Source of the DNA: Pseudolabrys sp.
Lineage (GTDB): Bacteria; Pseudomonadota; Alphaproteobacteria; Rhizobiales; Xanthobacteraceae
Direction: 5' to 3'
NCBI GenBank assembly: GCA_046292265.1
Contig: JBKBRE010000021.1
Span: 2,452-66,451, forward strand
DNA: 64,000 bases
The notes under the pieces are model-generated. The model saw only the letters and a list, made by a program, of their open reading frames with translations. It did no database searches and was not told the origin of the DNA. Both the position numbers and the translations under genes were made by a program. Below are positions 1 to 8,082 of the stretch, piece by piece. Every line of letters starts with the position of its first letter. Position 1 is the stretch's first letter.

Positions 1-686
1 CCGAGCACGTCGGCAATTGCCGTGCGCATGAGATGCGGCATCTGCGTGGTGCAGTGAAGCGTGACGCGGCCGGTCGAAGCGTCGTAGGCGGCGTGCGCGG
101 CGCGCGCTTCCATCGGCGTGGCGTTCTGCCGGCGCGTGCGCGCGTCCACCCTGACGGTCCTGTGCGCGGTGGCCCAGGCGGCGTCGAAGTCCGGCGTCTT
201 GATGCGGCCTTCGAGGATGACGTTGCCGGGCGCTTCGGGGTGGATCTGCGGCGCGCCGGGCTTGAGCGCGTCGCGCGCGTCGATCACCGGCGTGGCGTCG
301 CCGATGACGAGATCGATGGCGTCGACGATGTCCTCGGCCTCTTCTTCGCTGGCCGCGACGACAGCGGCGACCGCCTCGCCGACGAAACGCACCTCGCCGT
401 CGGCCAGCACCTTCTGCGGCACCGGCCGGTAGTCGAACTTGTGCAGCATCGGCACGATGGGCTTCACGCCCTTGAGGTCGGCGGCGGTGACGACCAGCGT
501 GCCTTGCGGGGCGTCGAGCTTCTCGATTCTGCCGGCGGCGGACGGGCTGCGCAGAAAGCGCACCCAGTGCGTGGCGGGCAGGTCGGCGGTGAAACGGCCC
601 TGGCCGGTGACCAGCGCGGGATCTTCCAGCCGGCGGATGGCGCGGCCGACCCATTTCAGGCCCGAGCCTTTGGTGTGCGCGGTCAT
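1..686 (-). CDS. Xanthine dehydrogenase/CoxL-CutL family molybdopterin-binding large subunit, N-terminal part (runs off window)
   Basis: Manual translation from ATG at 686: MTAHTKGSGLKWVGRAIRRLEDPALVTGQGRFTADL...RFVGEAVAAVVA, the typical family N-terminus. Not in the ORF track because it lacks a stop in the window. Confidence 0.9.
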   Translation of the reverse strand, partial: MTAHTKGSGLKWVGRAIRRLEDPALVTGQGRFTADLPATHWVRFLRSPSAAGRIEKLDAPQGTLVVTAADLKGVKPIVPMLHKFDYRPVPQKVLADGEVRFVGEAVAAVVAASEEEAEDIVDAIDLVIGDATPVIDARDALKPGAPQIHPEAPGNVILEGRIKTPDFDAAWATAHRTVRVDARTRRQNATPMEARAAHAAYDASTGRVTLHCTTQMPHLMRTAIADVL

Positions 687-693
687 TCAACGG

Positions 694-759
694 CTCCGTT
701 CGTCCCCGCGAAGGCGGGGACCCAGCGCTGGATTCCCGCCTGCGCGGGAATGAGCGGAG
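694..759. repeat. Short palindromic REP-like element (family B-related)
   Basis: gtccccgcgaaggcggggacccag...ctggattcccgcctgcgcgggaatga double hairpin between the medium and large subunit genes. Confidence 0.75.
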
Positions 760-771
760 TGTGTTGCACGT

Positions 772-1629
772 TCATGATTGTGAATACTCCAGCGCACGGC
801 GCACGACGGCGCGCACCAGATCGCGGCGGTAGTCGGCGCTGGTCTGATGGTCCTCCATGGCGTCGACGGCGGTCGCCGCGGCTTCGGCCGCGGCGCGGAA
901 GGCCGCGTCGCCCGCCGCCTGGCCATTGAGCGCGGCTTCCGCTTCCGCAATGCGGCGCGGCGAAGCCTCTGCGCCGCCGACGCCGACGCGCGCATCGACG
1001 ATCTTGCCGCCCTGCAAACGATAGGTGACCAGCGCCGCGCTCATGGCGAAATCGCCGGCGCGGCGGCTGAACTCGTAGAAGCCCCATTTGGCGTCGGCCG
1101 CCAGCAGCGGCAGCCGCACCTCGGCCAGCAATTCGTCCTCGGCCAGCGCGGTCGACATGACGCCGGCGAAGAACGCGCGTGCCGGGATCGGCCGTTCGCC
1201 GCGCGTGCTTTTCGCGAGCATGACGGCGTCGAGCGTCGCCACGGTCAGGCACCATTCCGACGAGGGATCGGCATGCGCGCAGCTGCCGCAGAAGGTGCCG
1301 CGCATGCGGATCGGGTAATGCGCGATGTGGCGGGCGACGTAGGAGAGCAGGGCGCCGAGCGGATTGTCGGTCACCGGCTTGTGGAAGGCGCCGTGCCGCA
1401 CGCGCGCGCCGATCGCGAGCATCTTGCCGTCGCTGGCGATGCGGTCGAGCCCTTCGACCTCGTTGATGTCGACCAGATGTGCGGGCTTGGCCAGCCGGAA
1501 CGCCATGATCGGCACCAGGCTCTGCCCGCCGGCGAGCACGCGGCCGTCCTGCGGCGCGACCTCGGCGAGTATCTTCACCGCCTCATCGAGCGTCTTCGGC
1601 ACATGGCGGACGAACGGTGCGGGTTTCCT
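772..1629 (-). CDS. Mo-hydroxylase FAD-binding medium subunit (CoxM/CutM family); expected ATG at 1629 reads AGG, next in-frame start is GTG at 1602
   Basis: LAGGQSL, ARHIAHYPIRMRGTFCGSCAHADP, FSRRAGDFA motifs. In-frame upstream KPAPF follows SD AAGGAG. Confidence 0.88.
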   Translation of the reverse strand, partial: RKPAPFVRHVPKTLDEAVKILAEVAPQDGRVLAGGQSLVPIMAFRLAKPAHLVDINEVEGLDRIASDGKMLAIGARVRHGAFHKPVTDNPLGALLSYVARHIAHYPIRMRGTFCGSCAHADPSSEWCLTVATLDAVMLAKSTRGERPIPARAFFAGVMSTALAEDELLAEVRLPLLAADAKWGFYEFSRRAGDFAMSAALVTYRLQGGKIVDARVGVGGAEASPRRIAEAEAALNGQAAGDAAFRAAAEAAATAVDAMEDHQTSADYRRDLVRAVVRRALEYSQS

Positions 1630-1656
1630 TTTCGGCTCCTTGCCGTTACGTCCGTC

Positions 1657-1766
1657 CCGTCACCCTGAGGTGCTCGGCGCGAATGCGCCGAGCCTCGAAG
1701 GGTGAGCGGCCTGGGCCGTGCCCGTCATCCTTCGAGGCTCGCTTCGCTCGCACCTCAGGATGACGG
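1657..1766. repeat. Palindromic repeat family A, copy 1
   Basis: Terminal IR ccgtcaccctgagg...cctcaggatgacgg with internal cctcgaagg/ccttcgagg. Confidence 0.88.
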
Positions 1767-1796
1767 ATCAAGCCTTTGTCCTCGCGCAAATTCATC

Positions 1797-2630
1797 TCAC
1801 GCCTCGTCCAGCCCGATATCCACCGCCGGCGAGCCCTGGATCATCTTGCTCGAGGAGATGTAGTCCACGCCGGTCTCCGCGATCGCGCGCACGGTATCGA
1901 ACTTCACGCCGCCCGAGGCTTCCAGCGGGATGCGGCCGTTCACCAGCTTCACCGCCGCGCGCATGTCGTCGAGCGACATGTTGTCGAGCATGATCACGTC
2001 GGCGCGGGCGTCGAGCGCTTCCTGCACCTGGGCGAGGCGGTCGCATTCGACCTCGATCTTGACCAGCGCCGGCGCGCCGGCGCGGGCGCGCTCGACCGCC
2101 TTGGCGATGCTGCCGCACACGGCGATGTGGTTGTCCTTGATCATCACGCCGCTATCGAGGCCGAGCCGGTGGTTGGCGCCGCCGCCGCAGACGACCGCGT
2201 GCTTCTGCAGCGCGCGCAGGCCGGGCGTGGTCTTGCGCGTGTCGATGAGCTTGGCCCTGGTGCCCTTGATCACGTCCATCCAGCGGGCGGTCTCGGTGGC
2301 GATGCCGGACAAGTGCTGCACGATGTTGAGCGCGGTACGCTCGACCGTGAGCAGGCTGCGCGCCTTGCCCTTCACTTTGAGCAGCGTGGTCTTTTCCGCC
2401 ACGCGCGCGCCGTCGTTAGCGACGATCTCGACCTCGACGCTCGGGTCGTAGCGGCGGAAGCACGCGGCGGCCACGTCGATGCCGGCGAGCGCGATCGGCT
2501 GCCGCGCATTCATGTCGAAGGCGGCGCGCGCATCGGCGTCGATCATCGTGAGCGACGTGACGTCGCCGTGACCGATGTCCTCGGCCAGCCAGAGATCGAT
2601 CAGGCGATTGACGAGATAGAGATCGAGCAT
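1797..2630 (-). CDS. nadC: Nicotinate-nucleotide diphosphorylase (carboxylating) / QPRTase-like
   Basis: AEDIGHGDVT, ERTALN, DTRKTTPG, NHRLGL, MIKDNH, EVE, MLDN, EASGG motifs. Confidence 0.88.
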   Translation of the reverse strand: MLDLYLVNRLIDLWLAEDIGHGDVTSLTMIDADARAAFDMNARQPIALAGIDVAAACFRRYDPSVEVEIVANDGARVAEKTTLLKVKGKARSLLTVERTALNIVQHLSGIATETARWMDVIKGTRAKLIDTRKTTPGLRALQKHAVVCGGGANHRLGLDSGVMIKDNHIAVCGSIAKAVERARAGAPALVKIEVECDRLAQVQEALDARADVIMLDNMSLDDMRAAVKLVNGRIPLEASGGVKFDTVRAIAETGVDYISSSKMIQGSPAVDIGLDEA

Positions 2631-2718
2631 CACGCACCCCTTCGGCCACCAGGCCGGAGCCGGATCATGCCGCGCCTGCCGCGCGGGTGACAGCCAGCCG
2701 GCGCGGCGCGGCACGCTT

Positions 2719-2734
2719 TTTGTATGTGTACAAA
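2719..2734. promoter_or_regulatory. Perfect inverted repeat TTTGTA-N4-TACAAA, GntR/FadR-like operator candidate
   Basis: AT-rich palindrome in the divergent nadC/TAXI intergenic region. Regulator family is an inference. Confidence 0.5.
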
Positions 2735-2871
2735 CGATAACGCCCGTGTTTGGATTGTCAAACCCGGTGGGGGCGTGTTGGTGTCCGCGAACGAGCATCT
2801 TCGGCGGTTGCGCGGGACCGGTGCGCAAGCGAACGTGTCGGTATCACTCTCGGCGGCGAAGGGAGATCAGC

Positions 2872-3858
2872 ATGCGGAATATCGGGAAGATCGGATGGCG
2901 CCGGGGCGTCATCGTGGGCGTGGTGGCGCTCGGCGCCGGCGCGGCCCTGGCGGCGCCGTTGAAGATCACGCTGGCCGGCGGCTCGGTCGGCGGCGCCTGG
3001 AGCACGATGGGCACGGCGATCGGCGAAACGATCCGCCTGTCGAGCCCCGGCTCCTCGTTCACCTACGAGCCGGGCGTGGACGCCGCCAATGTCCAGCTCG
3101 TCTCGACCGGCCGGGTGCAACTCGGCATTGCGCACGCGCAGATGGCGCTGCGCGGCCTGAAGGGCGAGGAGCCGTTCAAGGCCACGACGCCCGACATCAA
3201 GGCGATCGCGCTGCTCGATCCGCAGGCGGCCGTGCAGATCCTGGTGCGCGCCGACTCCAAGATTTCAAGCCTTGCCGACATCAAGAACAACAAGATGCCG
3301 GTGCGCGTCGCCTTCAACAAGCGCGGCACCATGATGGCGGTGGCGGGCGAGGAGGTGTTCAAGGCCGCCGGTATCGCGGTCGACGACATCGCGAAGTGGG
3401 GCGGTCGCATCGACTACGTCGATTACAACACGGGGCTCGCGCAACTGAAGGACGGCAAGACCGATCTCGTGCTCAACATGCTCGCCTTCCCGTCGGCGCA
3501 GGTGAAGAACATGGCGCGCGACGTGGACATGCGGCTGATCGGGCTGGACAGGGCCGTCATCGACAAGCTGTCGAAGGATGTCGGCACCAAGCCGGTGACG
3601 GTGCCCGCTGAAACCTATCCCTTCGCCAAGCAGGCGGTGGAGACGGTGACCGGCATGGTGGTGCTGGTGGCCTCCGACAAAATGTCGGAGGAGGAAGCCG
3701 CCACCATCGCCAAGGGTCTCGTTGACCACTACAGCTATCTGGAGAAGGCCTATCCGCCGTTCTCGCGCATGGGCGCCAAGGCGCTGCCGGACGTGGCGCC
3801 GCTGACGCTGCATCCGGGCGCGGCCAAGGCCTACAAGGCGGCGGGACTGCTGAAGTAG
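2872..3858 (+). CDS. TAXI-family TRAP transporter solute-binding protein
   Basis: Signal peptide, GGSVGGAWSTMG motif, VDRAVI/VPAETY and PLTLHPGA C-terminus; SD GGGAG upstream. Confidence 0.88.
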   Translation: MRNIGKIGWRRGVIVGVVALGAGAALAAPLKITLAGGSVGGAWSTMGTAIGETIRLSSPGSSFTYEPGVDAANVQLVSTGRVQLGIAHAQMALRGLKGEEPFKATTPDIKAIALLDPQAAVQILVRADSKISSLADIKNNKMPVRVAFNKRGTMMAVAGEEVFKAAGIAVDDIAKWGGRIDYVDYNTGLAQLKDGKTDLVLNMLAFPSAQVKNMARDVDMRLIGLDRAVIDKLSKDVGTKPVTVPAETYPFAKQAVETVTGMVVLVASDKMSEEEAATIAKGLVDHYSYLEKAYPPFSRMGAKALPDVAPLTLHPGAAKAYKAAGLLK

Positions 3859-3899
3859 CCAGTGCGCTGCCGTAAGTCCTTCTCGTCTGGCGCGGCCTC

Positions 3900-3929
3900 A
3901 TGGATGCGCGGGTCAAGCTCGCGCATGAC
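3900..3929. repeat. Solo half-copy of palindromic family C
   Basis: ggatgcgcgggtcaagctcgcgcatgac resembles the 3' arm of the C elements and lies directly before the permease SD. Confidence 0.55.
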
Positions 3930-3944
3930 CCTGGGGAGGGGCTG

Positions 3945-5858
3945 ATGCAGCTCATCCAGCTCATCGCGCCCGGCCGCACGCGCAGCCTGAGCCCGGTCGA
4001 AAACGCGCTGATCTACTGGCTGGCGGCGGCGACCTGCGCCGTCTTCATCGCGGTGGCCTTCGGCCTCTACATCGACGGCGCGCTGCTGCTGTACTGGTTT
4101 CTCGGCGTCGTGCTGGCGGTGTCGTTCCTGACCGTCACCGGCAATCCGGCGCGGCCGGCACGCGGCTCCTGGTTCGGCTGGAGCGCGGCGGCGCTTGCGG
4201 TGCTGATCTCGTTCTACTTCATCTACCGGCAGCCTTTTTACGAAAGGCGCCTGCCGATGATCGACGAGCTCACGGCGCTCGACCAGGCGGCGGCGATCCT
4301 GGTGATGCTTCTGGTGCTGGAAGCGACGCGCCGCGTGATCGGCTTCACGCTGGTCGCGGTGGTGCTGGTCTTCCTCGTCTACGGCGTGTTCGGCCATCTG
4401 ATCGAGGGACCGTTCTCGCATCGCGAACTGTCGCAGCAGGAAATGCTCGACCAGCTGGTCTTCACCACCAACGGGCTGTTCGGCTCGGCTCTGAGGGTGG
4501 CGGCCTTCCTCGTGTTCGTCTTCGTCGTCTTCGGCGCCCTGCTCGACCGCTGCGGCGGCGGCGACTTCTTCTACGATCTCGCCAACAGCCTGGTCGGCCG
4601 GCAGGCCGGCGGCCCGGCCAAGGTGGCCGTGGTGTCGTCCGGTCTCTACGGCTCGATTTCGGGCTCGCCCACCGCCGACGTGGTCACCACCGGCGCCTTC
4701 ACGATTCCCCTGATGATCCGCACTGGGCTGAAGCCGGTCTATGCCGGTGCGGTGGAGGCGACCGCCTCGACCGGCGGCGCGCTGCTGCCTCCGGTAATGG
4801 GCACCGCCGCGTTCCTGATGTCGGACTTCACCGGCATTCCCTACGGCACCATTGCGATCGCGGCGATCTTCCCTGCGCTGCTCTATTACTTCTCGATCTT
4901 CCTCGCAGTGCACAGCCACGCCCGCCTCGCCGGGCTCCAGCCGGCTGTGGCCGTCGACGCGCCGGGGCTCGTCGCGGTGTTGCGGCGCGACTGGTACTTC
5001 TTCGTGCCCATCGTCCTGTTGGTGTGGTTCGTGTTGGCCTATGACCGGCCGGTGTTCTCGGCCGTGCTCGCGCTCGCCGCGCTGGTGCCGATCGCGCTGT
5101 GGCGCACGCGCAGCCTCGTGGAGACCGCCAGGACCATCCTGACGGCATTCGACGACGCGCTGCGCCGCATGACCGGCATCGGCGTCGCCTGCGCGGTGGC
5201 GGGCCTGGTGGTCGGCACGCTGGCGATGACCGACCTGACCGGCAAGATATCCTCCGCCATGTTCACGCTCGCCAAGGGCAGCGAACTGCTGACGCTGGCG
5301 GTCGCGACGGTGGTGGTGATCGTGCTCGGCATGGGCATGCCGACGCCGGCGGTCTACGCGCTCGCCGCGGTGCTGGCGGCGCCGGCGCTCCTCGCGCTCG
5401 ACGTGCCGATGCTGCCCGCCCACCTCTTCATCGTCTACTTCGCCTCGATGTCGGCGATCACGCCGCCGGTGGCGGTGGCCGCCTTCGCCGCCGGCTCGAT
5501 CGCGCGCGCCAACCCGATGGCGATCGGGCTCACCTGCTGCCGGCTGGCGATGGTCGCCTTCCTGATCCCCTTCGTGTTCATCTATCACCCCGGACTGCTG
5601 CTGATCGGCACGCCGTCCGTAATCGTCATGTCGATGGCGAGCGCGGCGCTCGCGGTGGTGGCGCTGGTCGCGGCGGCCGAGGGCTATCTGTTCCGGCCGT
5701 TGCCGAACGCCTGGCGCGCGCTGTTCGGCGCCGCCGGATTGCTGCTGATCACGACGCAGATGATTCCGGCGCTCGTCGGGCTGGTCCTGCTGCTCGCAGG
5801 CGGCGCCTGGCTGTGGACCGGACGCAAGGCGCTTCCCGGCGGGCGCACCGCCGGCTAG
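3945..5858 (+). CDS. TRAP transporter fused permease (4TM/12TM, DctM-like, TAXI type)
   Basis: Highly hydrophobic; GGPAKVAVVSS, ISGSPTADVVTTG, ASTGGALLPPVMG, LGMGMPT, SAITPPVA motifs; SD GGGGAGGG. Confidence 0.92.
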   Translation: MQLIQLIAPGRTRSLSPVENALIYWLAAATCAVFIAVAFGLYIDGALLLYWFLGVVLAVSFLTVTGNPARPARGSWFGWSAAALAVLISFYFIYRQPFYERRLPMIDELTALDQAAAILVMLLVLEATRRVIGFTLVAVVLVFLVYGVFGHLIEGPFSHRELSQQEMLDQLVFTTNGLFGSALRVAAFLVFVFVVFGALLDRCGGGDFFYDLANSLVGRQAGGPAKVAVVSSGLYGSISGSPTADVVTTGAFTIPLMIRTGLKPVYAGAVEATASTGGALLPPVMGTAAFLMSDFTGIPYGTIAIAAIFPALLYYFSIFLAVHSHARLAGLQPAVAVDAPGLVAVLRRDWYFFVPIVLLVWFVLAYDRPVFSAVLALAALVPIALWRTRSLVETARTILTAFDDALRRMTGIGVACAVAGLVVGTLAMTDLTGKISSAMFTLAKGSELLTLAVATVVVIVLGMGMPTPAVYALAAVLAAPALLALDVPMLPAHLFIVYFASMSAITPPVAVAAFAAGSIARANPMAIGLTCCRLAMVAFLIPFVFIYHPGLLLIGTPSVIVMSMASAALAVVALVAAAEGYLFRPLPNAWRALFGAAGLLLITTQMIPALVGLVLLLAGGAWLWTGRKALPGGRTAG

Positions 5859-5864
5859 CGCGCG

Positions 5865-7664
5865 CTACTTCGCCACCGCCATTTCCTTGTTCGCCGCGCC
5901 GCGGCGGATGGCGCTCTCGATCCGCTTCTCGGTCTCGACATAGGCGCGCGCCGCGTCGGTGTTGAACATCTGGTGCGTCTCGATCTCGTCGTCGTTGACC
6001 GGCGTGATGGCGAGGTCGGTGTACTCGTAGCGCTTGGGGTCGTGCTTCACGCGCAGGTAGATGCGCCGCAGCCTGAGATAGATCGAGGCCCAGCCGTAGG
6101 TCTTGCGCGCTAGCTCGGCGATGTATTTCGGATAGAACGTCCAGACCGGCTCGAGCGGCAGCGTGTGCCGACGGTCGCGCCGCGACTTGAGGCGGAACAG
6201 GCCGCTCTCGACAGGGTGGCAGTTCTCCAGCTCGAACGAGGCCTTGAACCAGGTCAGCACGAACAGCGTGTTGCCGAAGGCGCGCAGCGCGGCGCTCCGG
6301 CGCATCACCCGCTCGCAGTGCTCGTAGGAGTAATAGCGCTTCCAGCTCTCGCGGTAGGCGTACTCCCATTCATCGCGCGACATGCGCGGATGTTCGCAGG
6401 TGATGTGGTGGAGATCGTACTTGTTGAGGTCCGGGTCCATCCAGGTCTTGGCGCGGAACAGCTTCTGGTGGTCCTCCGAGCCCGGCAGCGGCGTGAGATA
6501 GTGGATCTCCAGCACGTCGATCGGCAGCTCGTTCTTGATCACCTCGAGGTCCTTGAGCACGGACTCGACGGTGTCGTGCGGGAAGCCGGTGATGTAGCCG
6601 GCGTAGACCAGGATGCCAGCCTTCTGCCACTCCAGCAGCATCCGGCGATATTCGGTGATCTTGTTCTGCTTCTTCTTGGCCGCCTGGAGGTTCGCCGGGT
6701 TGATGTTCTCCAGCCCGATATAGGCCTTCTTGACGCCCGCGCGCCGGCACTTGGCGATGAAGTTCGGCAGCTTGTGGCAGGCGGTGTCGACCTGGATGAT
6801 CAGGCTGAGGTCGATTTTCTCGACCTCGCGCAGATGGATCAGCCGGTCGAGGATCGGCTCCCAGTCCTTGTTGCGGGCGAAGTTGTCGTCGGTGATGAAG
6901 AAACGCCGGATGCCCTGCGCCGCGTTCTCGCGCACGATCTTCTCGATGTCTTCGGTCGAGCGCCGGCGCGACTTGCGCCCCTGCACGTTGATGATGGTGC
7001 AGAAAGAGCACTGGTAGGGATAGCCGCGGCCGGCGTCGAAGCTGGTGGTGGCGCCACCGGTCCGCTTGAGCCGCTCGCGCTTGAGCATCGGGTAGGGCGC
7101 GCCATCGATGCCCGGCAGGTCGTCCATGAAATTGTAGAGCGGCTTCAACGTCCCGGCGTAAGCGTCCCGCAGCACCTCGTCGAGGCGGTCTTCGGCCTCG
7201 CCGGCGAACACCGACAGCCCCATCGCCTGCGCCTCGCGCAGCGCGTCATCGTCGCCGTCGATCATCGAGATCACGCCCGACATGTGGAAGCCGCCGATGG
7301 CGACGTCGATGCCTTGGGCGCGCAGCGGGCGCGCGATGTCGAGCGCGCGCGGCGTCTGGTTCGACTGGACGCCGACCAGCATGACCATGCCCGCGCCGGC
7401 CTTCTTGATCAGCGCCGCGATGCGGTCGGGCCTGATGCGCGTGTTGGCTTCGTCGATGGTGTGGATTTCGATCGCGACGTCGTCGCCGAGCACGCCGCGC
7501 GCGGCGCAGTCGTCGGCGATGCCGGCGATGCAGGCGAGCGAGTTCGAGGGGATGGCGGAGCGAAACCAGCGGATCGGATAGCCGTCGTCGCAATAATGCG
7601 TCGGCTTCACCAGAACCAGGCAGAACCGTCGCTTGGACGCGACGGCCGGCGACTGCGGCGGCAT
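5865..7664 (-). CDS. Radical SAM protein with N-terminal B12-binding-like domain; cluster motif reads YxxxCxxC
   Basis: GRGYPYQCSFC, FITDDNF, YIGLE, YITGFP, LTPLPGS motifs. Confidence 0.8.
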   Translation of the reverse strand: MPPQSPAVASKRRFCLVLVKPTHYCDDGYPIRWFRSAIPSNSLACIAGIADDCAARGVLGDDVAIEIHTIDEANTRIRPDRIAALIKKAGAGMVMLVGVQSNQTPRALDIARPLRAQGIDVAIGGFHMSGVISMIDGDDDALREAQAMGLSVFAGEAEDRLDEVLRDAYAGTLKPLYNFMDDLPGIDGAPYPMLKRERLKRTGGATTSFDAGRGYPYQCSFCTIINVQGRKSRRRSTEDIEKIVRENAAQGIRRFFITDDNFARNKDWEPILDRLIHLREVEKIDLSLIIQVDTACHKLPNFIAKCRRAGVKKAYIGLENINPANLQAAKKKQNKITEYRRMLLEWQKAGILVYAGYITGFPHDTVESVLKDLEVIKNELPIDVLEIHYLTPLPGSEDHQKLFRAKTWMDPDLNKYDLHHITCEHPRMSRDEWEYAYRESWKRYYSYEHCERVMRRSAALRAFGNTLFVLTWFKASFELENCHPVESGLFRLKSRRDRRHTLPLEPVWTFYPKYIAELARKTYGWASIYLRLRRIYLRVKHDPKRYEYTDLAITPVNDDEIETHQMFNTDAARAYVETEKRIESAIRRGAANKEMAVAK

Positions 7665-7843
7665 GTACTCGCCCCCTCTGCAGGACTTATCGCACGACGA
7701 CGCTGTATTATTAGCAGTAGACAGGGCCTTCGACAACAACCCGCCCGACCGCTGACTCCGCCGCAAACGTTCCATCCCCCGATGCCAATTTCGCGCGGAT
7801 CGGCTAGACTGATTTGAAAGGTGCGACTCAAGGGGAGGGGACG

Positions 7844-7933
7844 ATGACGGTTCTGTTCCTTGCGTTCGGAACTTTGGCGGCCATCTGGGTGATCGTGCTG
7901 GTCGGATCGCCCATGTTCGGCTCCGACCACTGA
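7844..7933 (+). CDS. Putative 29-aa single-TM small protein (MTVLFLAFGTLAAIWVIVLVGSPMFGSDH)
   Basis: SD AGGGGAGGGG; sigma70-like ATGCCA-N17-TAGACT at 7782-7810; fills an intergenic gap. Confidence 0.55.
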   Translation: MTVLFLAFGTLAAIWVIVLVGSPMFGSDH

Positions 7934-8082
7934 GCCGGCATCCGGCTTAGACGCGGCGGACCGCTCGCCGTTCGGCAGCCATCCTTCAACGGCCATGGGC
8001 GTCTGCTCGTTATTGCGAACGGGCCATTGTCCCCGGCGGGGCATTGTCCCGGGCCGGGATGGCGGCGTATGAGTGCGCGGCC

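Noticed and set aside
1797-2828. N-terminal extensions in the ORF track (nadC, TAXI, radical SAM, VOC, mdtB, mdtC, E1, ahcY and others)
   Set aside because: They run through intergenic DNA, repeats or neighbouring genes; downstream starts have SD sequences and family-typical N-termini.
5865-7664. Hopanoid methylase HpnP or HpnJ
   Set aside because: No hpn genes nearby and the N-terminus does not match what I recall for those enzymes.
7815-7832. TTGA...TCAA upstream of the 29-aa ORF as a FixK box
   Set aside because: Spacer is 10 nt rather than 6.
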